In this document: piece by piece, positions 55,883 to 64,000 of the stretch
Layout of the letters: each line of letters starts with the position of its first letter
Position numbering within the stretch: position 1 is the first letter of the stretch
NCBI GenBank assembly: GCA_963668175.1
Contig: OY764159.1
Span: 3,520,001 to 3,584,000, forward strand
DNA: 64,000 bases
Origin: Syntrophales bacterium
Lineage (GTDB): Bacteria; Desulfobacterota; Syntrophia; Syntrophales; PHBD01
Direction of reading: 5' to 3'
Position numbers and translations under genes: made by a program
The notes under the pieces: generated by a model
What the model was told of the DNA's origin: nothing
The model's input: the letters and a program-made list of their open reading frames with translations, nothing else
Databases searched by the model: none

Positions 55883-56272
55883 TCAGGCGCAACGTGCAAT
55901 CAGGGAAAGCACCCTGGTTTCGATCAGGCCCCGGACACGCCGGAAAGTATCGTCATCCATATGAACAGGGTCAGGGATGGACCACTCCTCCCGCTGACCG
56001 GCGGGTATCAACCGGCAGACATCTTCGCATCCCATCGTTATGACGTAGTCGTAGAAATCGGCCGGCAGATCGGCAAGGGACTTGGTAAATTGCCTGTTGA
56101 GATCGCAGCCGATTTCATTCATCATGGCGACGGTTCTGGGATGAACCGCTCGTGACGGCGTCGATCCGGCACTGAAGGCAGCAATCCTGTCCCATCCGTA
56201 GTTTCGCGCGAAGGCCTCCGCCATCTGGCTCCGGCAGGCATTTCCCCGGCAGACGAACAACACTTTTTTCAT
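55883..56272 (-). CDS. arsC: Arsenate reductase / LMW phosphatase family
   Basis: LFVCRGNACRSQMAE, SAGS, ITMGCEDVC, WSIPDP; start set at MKKVLF. Confidence 0.82.
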   Translation of the reverse strand: MKKVLFVCRGNACRSQMAEAFARNYGWDRIAAFSAGSTPSRAVHPRTVAMMNEIGCDLNRQFTKSLADLPADFYDYVITMGCEDVCRLIPAGQREEWSIPDPVHMDDDTFRRVRGLIETRVLSLIARCA

Positions 56273-56343
56273 GGTTTGCCTCACGCGATCCGGAAACCGT
56301 CTTCTTCGTTTCCGGAGAAAGGTTGTCCCGAACATCCATGTTT

Positions 56344-58662
56344 TCATCTCTGCCGCCGGTCGCGAACGTAGACACTGCCCGGCTTCGATTTCGCATATTG
56401 TTTTAACTGGGCCATCTTGGCCGAGATCTCTTTCATGTCCTTTCCGGTTCCGGCCGTGCAGTCGAGAACGGCCATGGAAACGGATACAAAAGGAAACCAT
56501 TTTTCATTGCCGGACCGGTCCAGGGCGAAGATGCCGCCTGCCGCCCTGTCCTCGGAGCTGTAAAGACGGTCGATATGCTTGTCGAAGCTTTCGATGACCT
56601 TCCGGCAAAGTGTATCCACATGCTCGTCCGTGGTGAAAATCAGGAAATCGTCTCCGCCGATATGGCTCAGAAAATCATCTTCGCCGCCGTGATGCTCCAC
56701 GGTCTCTTTCAGAAGGTTGGCCGTATAGAGAATCACTTCATCGCCTTTTTCGAAGCCGTACTTGTCATTGTACGATTTAAAATGATCCAGATCGATAAAG
56801 ATGATACTGAATGCTGCTCCCTGGGAGGCCCGACGCAGATGTTCCTGCTCGATGGCGATATTGCCGGGGAGCCCCGTGAGCGGATTCGCCCCTTTGGCAA
56901 GTTCAACCCTGATTCTGGTCATGGTGTCGAGGAGCGTCTGGACGGAAACGACCCCCTGCATGAGGCCGGTTCTCGTGACGATGATGTTGTCGTAGAGCTT
57001 GATTTTATTCCGGCTCATGGCGGCCTGCGAAACCAGTTCAACAGGGGCGCAGTGGTCGACAATCAGCGGCAGCTTATCCATAATCCTGGCAATAGGTTTT
57101 TCGTAATAGAGGGCGACGCCGTACTTGCGGCCGAGGTGCCTGTCCAGGTGCTGCCTCATGACGAGACCGCACGGTTTTCCGGCTTCGACGACGACAATGC
57201 CGGCCAGGGAGTTGTCGGCGTCAAAAATGGTCTTGACGTCTTTAACCGGCGTCTGCTCCCCTATGGTAATCGCTTCATCCACAATATCTCCGATAGGAAA
57301 GGCATGCTTGAGGAGACGATAGCGGCCGTTATTGACGAAGTGGAGCGTCTTCAGATACGTTTCCCGCGGCGCAGCCTGTTTGGACCGGAACGGTTTACCG
57401 AAGAAATATCCCTGACCGTAATGAACGCCGATATTGGCCAGGGCGGCCAGTTCGCCTTCCTCTTCGACGCCTTCGGCGATGATTTCGCAACCGATTTTCT
57501 CGGAGAAGGTTACAAATGTTTCCATCAGGGCCGTCTTGACCCTGTCTTTATGAATACCCCTGACCAGGGACATGTCGATCTTGATATAGTCGGGCCGGAT
57601 TTCAGCGATGGACTGAAGCGAGGAAAAACCGGAGCCCACGTCGTCCAGGGCCACGAGGAATCCCTGGTCCCGGTAGTTGGCAAGCGTCTTGTTCAAAGCG
57701 TTGAAATCGGTAATGTGATGCCGTTCCGTAATCTCGAAAACGACGTTTTTCGGTTTCATGCCTAAGGCATCGATTAGTCCAAGGGTTTCATCCTCGACGA
57801 AGTGAAGGTCGTTGACGGTCTTCGGATGGATATTGATGAAGACCTTCTGGTCCGGGCCAACCTCACCCAGACCGTTGAGGGCCGATTCGCGGCATATTTT
57901 CTCCAATGGAAAGAGGAGTCCTTCTTCCTCGGCAAAAGAAAAGATAACGTCAGGCCGGTGGAAATAACTATCCTCCGGTCCGCGCACCAAAGCTTCCCAG
58001 CCGAGGACAGCGGCGGAACGGATGGAGATGATGGGCTGGTAGACCGAATGAAACCCGCCCTCTTTGAGTAAACGTTTAAACTCGGGAAGATAGCGAACGG
58101 ATTGCATGTTGATGAACCCCTTGGCAATGGCATAGGCCTTCTTTGTGGCGTTATACAGCATAAGTTCCGTATTGTTCCTCTTGTCCGTGATGACGGCATG
58201 ACCGATATGAATATCCATGTCCCGCCCCGTCAGCAAACGGAACTCCTCGTTCATGGTGTCCTTGATCTGCCTGCGGTAGGCAACGGCCGAGTCTTCCAAT
58301 GTGCCCAGCGTCGGCGCCCGATCGGCTTCCGTGATAAGAATGAAATCTTCGCCCCAGAGGCTTTCAGCCGCGAGAATGCTTACATGGCGCCGGGAGAGGA
58401 TCCCCATGCCGTGAATCAGCGTATCCTTGAAAAGGCCGATAATACGATCGGCAATGTCCATTCCCGCAGCGTTTTCTATTTCGTGAAGCCGGGCGATATC
58501 GAAATAGAATAAGACGACACACTTCCCTTCCTCCAGACTGGCCGACATTTTCCGAAGTAAGCCAGGATCATGGCGGATATTGCTTCGCCCCAGACCTTGG
58601 ATCAGCCCATTGCCGGAGTTGATGTTATGTATATGGATTCCTTCCGCAAATGTATCTTGCAT
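56344..58662 (-). CDS. Cyclic-di-GMP enzyme: degenerate GGDEF-like, EAL, CBS and GGDEF domains
   Basis: N-terminal FDI..WGEDF; YQPI, WEALVR, FEITE, LDDVGSG, IKID, AEGVE, QGY; CBS pair; NPLTGLP, DLDHFKSYND, IGGDDF. Confidence 0.9.
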   Translation of the reverse strand: MQDTFAEGIHIHNINSGNGLIQGLGRSNIRHDPGLLRKMSASLEEGKCVVLFYFDIARLHEIENAAGMDIADRIIGLFKDTLIHGMGILSRRHVSILAAESLWGEDFILITEADRAPTLGTLEDSAVAYRRQIKDTMNEEFRLLTGRDMDIHIGHAVITDKRNNTELMLYNATKKAYAIAKGFINMQSVRYLPEFKRLLKEGGFHSVYQPIISIRSAAVLGWEALVRGPEDSYFHRPDVIFSFAEEEGLLFPLEKICRESALNGLGEVGPDQKVFINIHPKTVNDLHFVEDETLGLIDALGMKPKNVVFEITERHHITDFNALNKTLANYRDQGFLVALDDVGSGFSSLQSIAEIRPDYIKIDMSLVRGIHKDRVKTALMETFVTFSEKIGCEIIAEGVEEEGELAALANIGVHYGQGYFFGKPFRSKQAAPRETYLKTLHFVNNGRYRLLKHAFPIGDIVDEAITIGEQTPVKDVKTIFDADNSLAGIVVVEAGKPCGLVMRQHLDRHLGRKYGVALYYEKPIARIMDKLPLIVDHCAPVELVSQAAMSRNKIKLYDNIIVTRTGLMQGVVSVQTLLDTMTRIRVELAKGANPLTGLPGNIAIEQEHLRRASQGAAFSIIFIDLDHFKSYNDKYGFEKGDEVILYTANLLKETVEHHGGEDDFLSHIGGDDFLIFTTDEHVDTLCRKVIESFDKHIDRLYSSEDRAAGGIFALDRSGNEKWFPFVSVSMAVLDCTAGTGKDMKEISAKMAQLKQYAKSKPGSVYVRDRRQR

Positions 58663-58722
58663 CGCCTCATCCTTTTATGTCTGTTCTTGTTATACGGCGT
58701 GGTTGATTTATGACCGATGAAT

Positions 58723-58762
58723 ATTGCAGGCATGTGACGGCGGAATGATAGTTTGATGAATT
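58723..58762 (-). promoter_or_regulatory. Pho-box-like array C
   Basis: Minus strand AATTCAT-4-CTATCAT-4-CCGTCAC-4-CTGCAAT (11-bp period), about 60 nt upstream of the EAL-CBS-GGDEF gene. Confidence 0.62.
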
Positions 58763-58928
58763 TTTCACACCGGTGCATCTGTCTGACTGCGCCGGTGTCC
58801 CGGTTGCAACGTAGGGATAATGAGATAAAATATAGCTTTTACTCACGGATCTGGGGAGGGACTTTGGGCGGTCGTTTATAAATCGCGGAAAGACAATGAT
58901 CTACCATGTTAAATTGTAATTCAATCTA

Positions 58929-59405
58929 TTAATCGGGAGACTCACTAAGGACATATCTCACCTTCAGATCCGTATCCTTGCGAAGAGAATTGTAAACGGA
59001 ACAGTACGTGTCGCGCGACAGGGAAACGGCACGATCCACTTTTTGAGCATCGATATTTCTTCCCGCAATATGCAGGACAATTTCGATAGCCGTATAATAC
59101 TGCGGCGGGGTCGGATTTCTTTCTCCATTGATCTCTGCTCGAAACCCCGTAAGCGAAACGCGCATCTTTTGCAGTATGGTAACGACATCTATCGCCATGC
59201 ATCCCGCCAGGCTCAGGAGCAAGGCTTCCATCGGCATGCATCCTTCCTCGGCAAGGGCGTCGAATTCTATTTCATATCCCCGCTGCGTCGAACCGAGAAA
59301 AACGAGATCGCGATTCCACGTCAGGACCGTCTTTGCAGCGGGAGCGGTCTTTTCCTTATAGCCTTTCAAGGATTCTTCCTTGAAATCATTCTCTTTTGTC
59401 GACAT
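58929..59405 (-). CDS. OsmC family protein
   Basis: PMEALLLSLAGCMAIDVVTILQKMR, YCSVYNSL. Confidence 0.9.
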   Translation of the reverse strand: MSTKENDFKEESLKGYKEKTAPAAKTVLTWNRDLVFLGSTQRGYEIEFDALAEEGCMPMEALLLSLAGCMAIDVVTILQKMRVSLTGFRAEINGERNPTPPQYYTAIEIVLHIAGRNIDAQKVDRAVSLSRDTYCSVYNSLRKDTDLKVRYVLSESPD

Positions 59406-60556
59406 ATCTCTTTCTCCCTGACGGCAAGAAACACTTTATACAGCACGGTAACGATCAAGAATCCCATGGCCCAGATACCCACAGCAACGGCCGTTTCAGG
59501 CCCCGTGGGCAGGTAACGCGTGATATGCCCCAGAGGAGAAGGCACAAAACCGGTAATCAGAAGTCCCAACCCTTTCTCGATCCAAAGGGCTAGAAAGACC
59601 GCGACGCAGGCGACGGCAAGCGTCGATTCCTTCTTCCGCGTCCCTGGATTGAGCAAAAGGACAAGGGCCAGAATCGCGAGGACGATCGCGAAGGTCATTC
59701 CGTTGGCGACCATATTGTATCCTTCCAGGCCCGCAAAGAGAAACCGGTAATGCTCCATCTCGTCCGGGATCTGGCCGTAGTAGACGGTCCAGAGCTCCAC
59801 CACGATGAAGAAGATGCATGTGATGAAGGCATACGTGACGATCTTCGCCAGGGTATCGACCGCTTTTTTCCCGGCATCGAACCCGCCGAACCTCTTCAGG
59901 ATAAGGCAAAAGAGAATCAGGAGGGCCGGACCGGAGGCAAACGCGGCAGCGAGAAAACGGGGGGCCATGATCGCCGTGAGCCAGAAACTCCGGCCGGGCA
60001 TGCCCGAATAGATGAAGGCCGTCATCGTGTGGATGCTGATGGCCCAGGGGATGGAGAGGTATATGATCGGCTTGACCCAGCGAGGCGGAGGGACGCCTTC
60101 CCGGTCGGCCGTGAGGACCGTCCAGCCGCTGATAAGGTTCAACACGAGATAGACGGTCAGAACAACCATGTCCCAGAAAAGCACCGATGTCAGCGAGGGA
60201 TAGAGCATCACATAGAAGACGCGGGCGGGCTGGCCGAGGTTGACGAAAATGAAGGTCATGCACATGATCACGGAGGCGATGGCGAGGAATTCACCGAGAA
60301 CGGTAATCTTGCCGAAGGCCTTGTAGTCGTGGAGGTAGTATGGCAGGACCAGCATCACGGCCGAGGCCGCGATTCCGACAAGAAACGTGAACTGCGAAAT
60401 ATAGAGCCCCCAGGACACGTCGCGGCTCATGCCGGTGAGGCCCAGGCCGTATTCGAGCTGTCGGAGGTAGAAGTACACACCGGTTCCGAAGAGGACCACG
60501 AGGAACGCAATCCAGATGCCGTATCTCCTGCTTCCCGTCAACGCTTTTTCCAGCAT
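59366..60556 (-). CDS. dsrP: DsrP (NrfD-family membrane subunit)
   Basis: TGMSRDVSWGLYISQFTFLVGIAASAVM, SIHTMTAF, APRFLA; operon order; start set at MLEKAL. Confidence 0.9.
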   Translation of the reverse strand: MLEKALTGSRRYGIWIAFLVVLFGTGVYFYLRQLEYGLGLTGMSRDVSWGLYISQFTFLVGIAASAVMLVLPYYLHDYKAFGKITVLGEFLAIASVIMCMTFIFVNLGQPARVFYVMLYPSLTSVLFWDMVVLTVYLVLNLISGWTVLTADREGVPPPRWVKPIIYLSIPWAISIHTMTAFIYSGMPGRSFWLTAIMAPRFLAAAFASGPALLILFCLILKRFGGFDAGKKAVDTLAKIVTYAFITCIFFIVVELWTVYYGQIPDEMEHYRFLFAGLEGYNMVANGMTFAIVLAILALVLLLNPGTRKKESTLAVACVAVFLALWIEKGLGLLITGFVPSPLGHITRYLPTGPETAVAVGIWAMGFLIVTVLYKVFLAVREKEICRQKRMISRKNP

Positions 60557-60563
60557 GGCAACC

Positions 60564-61352
60564 TCAGAAAATATAATAAACCTGCGGCTTCGTCCCCAGC
60601 TCCGCCTTCCGGCGGATCGAAAATCCCCGGTCCAGAAGCCTGCGGACATCCGAGGCGGGTTCTTCCATGTCCCCAAAAACAAGCGCTCTGCTCTTGCAGG
60701 CCAGCACGCAGGCGGGGAGAAGCCCGCGGGCGAGCCGTTCTTCGCAGAAATTGCACTTTTCGATGACTCCCTTGCTGCGGGTGGGATAATCGGGGTTGAG
60801 TTTCTTGATAAAGGGCCTCGGGTTCCGGAAATTGATGCTTCGCGCCCCGTAAGGACAGGCGGCCAGGCAGATTTTGCAGCCGATACAGCGGTGATAGTCC
60901 ATCATCACGATGCCGTCGGCCCTTTTAAACGTCGCCCCCGTCGGGCAGACCCGTACGCAGGGCGGATTGTCGCAATGGTTGCAGAGGACGAGGAGCGGAA
61001 CCTTCTTCACCGCCTCCATGATGTAGGGATGGTTCTCCGCCGGAAAGATATTGGCAAAGCGCTCCCGCCATATCCACTTCACGTCGTCCTTGGGGTTGCC
61101 GAAGTCGGGGACATTGTGCGCGAGATGGCAGGCGTCGATGCAGTCCCGGCAATCGTCGGGACAATTCCAGGCATTGACCGCCATGCCCCACCGCTTTGCC
61201 GACAGAGGCTTGGCGACAGATGGAGACGCCGGGGCCGGGACAGGCGCCGCGATGCGGTTCCGGGCGGAGACGACCCTCGCGAGAGGTGAACATACGACAC
61301 CGGCGGCCGCCAGACCGGACATGATCAGCATTTCTCTCCGGCTCGTCTTCAT
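60564..61352 (-). CDS. dsrO: DsrO (periplasmic 4Fe-4S protein)
   Basis: Tat signal SRREML, CRDCIDAC, CNHCDNPPCVRVCP, CIGCKICLAACP, KCNFC. Confidence 0.9.
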   Translation of the reverse strand: MKTSRREMLIMSGLAAAGVVCSPLARVVSARNRIAAPVPAPASPSVAKPLSAKRWGMAVNAWNCPDDCRDCIDACHLAHNVPDFGNPKDDVKWIWRERFANIFPAENHPYIMEAVKKVPLLVLCNHCDNPPCVRVCPTGATFKRADGIVMMDYHRCIGCKICLAACPYGARSINFRNPRPFIKKLNPDYPTRSKGVIEKCNFCEERLARGLLPACVLACKSRALVFGDMEEPASDVRRLLDRGFSIRRKAELGTKPQVYYIF

Positions 61353-61753
61353 TTTGGGATATCCTCCGGGATAATATGGCAGTTCCAGCAGTCGGGCTTC
61401 GCCCCCACGTAGGTATGGCACCTGTCGCAGAAATGCTTCTGATTGCTGTGGCAGTTCAGGCACGTTCCCGTCAGGTTCATTTCAAACGTCTTCCCGTTCG
61501 TCGCCGTGTAGATGCGGTTTCCTTTCCGGACGGCACTGTCCCGCCAGGCGACAAGCAGTTTCATATGGTTTGTGCGCATAAAGGGCGTGCTTTCAATGCA
61601 CTTTCTCTCCGCAAGTTTCTTGATCACCGGCGTGTCCAGTTCAAGGTCCGGCGGGGCGACCACCTTGCCCCTGCCGTACCAGAAGGGAAAGGTGGCAACG
61701 ATCAGGAAGACCGCAAGGCCTGCTATGATTAATCCCCTGTCACGGAGTTTCAT
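61349..61753 (-). CDS. dsrJ: DsrJ (triheme cytochrome c)
   Basis: TFPFWY, MRTNHM, three CxxCH (CLNCH, CDRCH, CWNCH). Confidence 0.92.
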   Translation of the reverse strand: MKLRDRGLIIAGLAVFLIVATFPFWYGRGKVVAPPDLELDTPVIKKLAERKCIESTPFMRTNHMKLLVAWRDSAVRKGNRIYTATNGKTFEMNLTGTCLNCHSNQKHFCDRCHTYVGAKPDCWNCHIIPEDIPK

Positions 61754-63359
61754 CTTCCCTTCCTTCCGCCAGCGGATCGCCGCGCAGATCCGTCTGCCGC
61801 GCCTTTTCCCCCTTCATAACCAGGGCATTGGCCAATAGTTCGTGGACACCCATGACCGTCACGCCCGGCACCCAGTAGTCCATGAGAGCGGACAGGGTCG
61901 AACGGTCGATGGCGCATATGCAACCCAACCGGTTTACGCCATGCTTCTCCTTCACGTGCTTCACGGCCATGGCCCGGGGCATCCCCCCCCGCATCCGCAT
62001 CTCGATATTTTCGTCGTTGCCGAGCCCTGCCCCACCCCCGCAGCAGAACGTCTTTTCCCGGATGGTGTCTTCGGGCATCTCATAGAAATGATGCGCGGAA
62101 TTCCGGATGATGTATCGCGGCTCCTCGAAAAGGCCCATGGCCCGCGCGGGGTTGCAGGAATCGTGAAACGTGATCCGCAGGTGGTCGTTCCGGCCGGGGT
62201 CCAGCTTCAGTTTGCCGTTCCTGATCAGGTCGGATGTAAACTCGGTGATGTGTACCATTTTGGTGCCGCGGGCGTTTTCAAACCGCGTTCCCGTGAGCGG
62301 GGAGACAGGCTCCGCAAGGAACTCGGCGGGACCGTTCATCGTGTCCATATACTGGTGGATGACCCGCCACATATGGCCGCATTCGCCGCCGAGGATCCAT
62401 TTGACGCCGAGACGCCTCGCCTCGGCGTAAATCTTCGCGTTGAGGCGTTTGACCAGTTCGTGGGACGTGAAGAGACCGAAGTTGCCACCCTCGGAGGCAT
62501 ACGTGCTGAACGTGTAATTCAGGCCGATCTCATGGAAGAGCATCATGTAGCCCATGCAGGTGTATGTTCCCGGGTCGGCGAAGTAATCGCCCGAAGGTGC
62601 GACGAAAAGAATGTCCGCGCCTTTTTTGTTGATGGGCACCGTAACGCGGACCCCTGTCCGGTCCTCGATATCGTCGGCCAGGAAGTCGAGCATGTCCTTG
62701 ATGCCGCCGGGCTGGATGCCCAGGTGGTTTCCCGTGCGGAAGCAGTTCGCCGCGGGCTCGATGGCCCAGTTGATGTTGCAGCCGACGAGATTCAGGAGTT
62801 CCCTGCCGATCATGGTGATGTCCGCCTGATCGATGCCGTAAGGGCAGAAGACGGAACAGCGGCGGCACTCGGTGCACTGGTAGAAATAGTAGAACCATTC
62901 CTTGAGAACATCCACTGTCAGGTCCCTCGCCCCGGCGAGCTTCCCGAAACGCCTGCCCGCCTCGGTGAAATAACGGCGGTAGACCGACCGCAGCAGTTCC
63001 GCGCGAAGGACCGGCATATTCTTGGGATCGCCGCCGCCGATGTAAAAATGGCATTTGTCGGCGCAGGCGCCGCATCTCACACAGATATCCATGAAGAGTT
63101 TGAAAGACCGGTACTTCTCCAGGCGTTCCCGCATGCCGTCCAGAATGATCTGCTTCCAGTTTTCCGGCAGTTTCCAGTCTTCTTCGTAAGGCTGCCAGGT
63201 TCGCGGGTTCGGCAGGCCGAGATAGGCGAGATTTTTTGCCGCCCCGCTGTAGCTCCAGGTCCCCGGACGAAACGCGACCGGCGTATTCATCCAGGGCGTA
63301 TCCGGCACATCATAATCGATCCGGATGAGTTCTTCGGTTCCCGGCAATTTGATCGACAC
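61740..63359 (-). CDS. dsrK: DsrK (HdrD-like Fe-S subunit)
   Basis: CVRCGACADKC, CTECRRCSVFCP, GECGHMWR, FHDSC, FCCGGG, CAIDR. Confidence 0.93.
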   Translation of the reverse strand: MSIKLPGTEELIRIDYDVPDTPWMNTPVAFRPGTWSYSGAAKNLAYLGLPNPRTWQPYEEDWKLPENWKQIILDGMRERLEKYRSFKLFMDICVRCGACADKCHFYIGGGDPKNMPVLRAELLRSVYRRYFTEAGRRFGKLAGARDLTVDVLKEWFYYFYQCTECRRCSVFCPYGIDQADITMIGRELLNLVGCNINWAIEPAANCFRTGNHLGIQPGGIKDMLDFLADDIEDRTGVRVTVPINKKGADILFVAPSGDYFADPGTYTCMGYMMLFHEIGLNYTFSTYASEGGNFGLFTSHELVKRLNAKIYAEARRLGVKWILGGECGHMWRVIHQYMDTMNGPAEFLAEPVSPLTGTRFENARGTKMVHITEFTSDLIRNGKLKLDPGRNDHLRITFHDSCNPARAMGLFEEPRYIIRNSAHHFYEMPEDTIREKTFCCGGGAGLGNDENIEMRMRGGMPRAMAVKHVKEKHGVNRLGCICAIDRSTLSALMDYWVPGVTVMGVHELLANALVMKGEKARQTDLRGDPLAEGREDETP

Positions 63360-63362
63360 GCT

Positions 63363-64000
63363 TCACTCCTTCTCCACCGGCAATCCGGCCGTTTTCATCT
63401 GCTCGCGGAAGTCGTCCTCGTATTCCTCGTAGGTATGGACCTTGACCGGCGCGTTCCAGGGATTGACGTGACGGCGCATCCGGCTGTCGTTGGCCAGATT
63501 CCGCGTCGGGCTCAAGAAGACCCCTCCCATGTGCATCAGCTTGCTGAAGGGAAACCAGGCCAGAAGAACGCATACAAAAACGAGGTGCGTCTGGAAGAGA
63601 ACGCTCAAATCCTTGGGAATGATGGGCGCAAATGTGACCCATCCCATAGCGAGGCTTTTCACCTGCTCCAGATCCGCGGGATAGACCATCCGCATGAGGA
63701 CGCCCGTTACGGCAATGGACAGGAGCAATAACAGAGAAAAGTGATCGGCAAAAAGGGAGATATATTTCACTTGCACGACAAAAAGACGGCGCAGAACGAG
63801 GAAGGTCAGTCCCGCCAGGAGCGCGATATCGCTCAAATAGAGCACCGGGACGCCGATCTGGAAAAAGCCGTCGATCGCCGACAGGCCATTGATCCAGGAA
63901 GTGACCGGCTCGATAAAGAAGCGCAGATGACGGACCACGATGATCAGGAGCGACCAGTGAAAAAGCATCGCGAAAAGCCAAAGCCATTTTGCGCTGCCGT
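63363..64000 (-). CDS. dsrM: DsrM (NarI-like cytochrome b), 5' end beyond the window
   Basis: FHWSL..RHLRFF, HLVFV, FPFSKLMHMGGVFLSPTRN, RHVNPWN. Confidence 0.92.
   Translation of the reverse strand, partial: GSAKWLWLFAMLFHWSLLIIVVRHLRFFIEPVTSWINGLSAIDGFFQIGVPVLYLSDIALLAGLTFLVLRRLFVVQVKYISLFADHFSLLLLLSIAVTGVLMRMVYPADLEQVKSLAMGWVTFAPIIPKDLSVLFQTHLVFVCVLLAWFPFSKLMHMGGVFLSPTRNLANDSRMRRHVNPWNAPVKVHTYEEYEDDFREQMKTAGLPVEKE

Noticed and set aside
3378..63731. Long antisense ORFs (e.g. 3378-5129, 14114-16219, 20486-21958, 30643-32079, 39190-40806, 61842-63731)
   Set aside because: They are shadow frames opposite well-supported genes in GC-rich DNA and have no recognisable motifs
1..64000. CRISPR array, tRNA, rRNA, prophage or intact IS
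   Set aside because: No regularly spaced repeat-spacer series, cloverleaf, rRNA-like stretch, integrase or complete transposase was seen by manual reading

Overview
64 kb of a bacterial chromosome whose gene content (dsrMKJOP, many CoA-ester catabolic genes, Liv-type ABC systems) resembles an anaerobic Desulfobacterota/Syntrophales-type organism; the taxon is an inference. Five blocks are visible. (1) 76-7335: TetR, SDR, a secreted protein and a Liv-type ABC transporter, with a triple palindromic operator; an IS481-like scar and an orphan MCP follow. (2) 10100-27556: a TetR-linked cluster with an acetoin-dehydrogenase-like TPP complex (E1a/E1b/E2/lipoyl-E3, lipA/lipB), diol/SDR dehydrogenases, crotonase, a two-gene acyl-CoA dehydrogenase pair, a class III CoA-transferase, two Cys-rich hypotheticals and an MFS carrier, tied together by six copies of an 18-bp palindrome. 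(3) 28264-44523: a Liv-ABC plus 4-hydroxyacyl-CoA/beta-oxidation operon with two AbfD paralogues, bracketed by two paralogous GntR genes. (4) 44813-58762: an apparent phosphate-starvation island with three Pho-box-like arrays, pit, PIN-PhoH, arsC and an EAL-CBS-GGDEF protein. Its core operon encodes an ~820-aa protein with glutamate-cysteine-ligase-fold motifs, a phosphatidylserine-decarboxylase-like enzyme, a DksA/TraR protein, a HAD/phosphodiesterase fusion and an atypical Lgt-like protein; this is the best candidate for an undescribed system, possibly phosphorus-free lipid synthesis or phospholipid recycling. (5) 58929-64000: dsrMKJOP plus osmC. No rRNA, tRNA or CRISPR array was seen. All calls come from manual motif reading; no database search was run.
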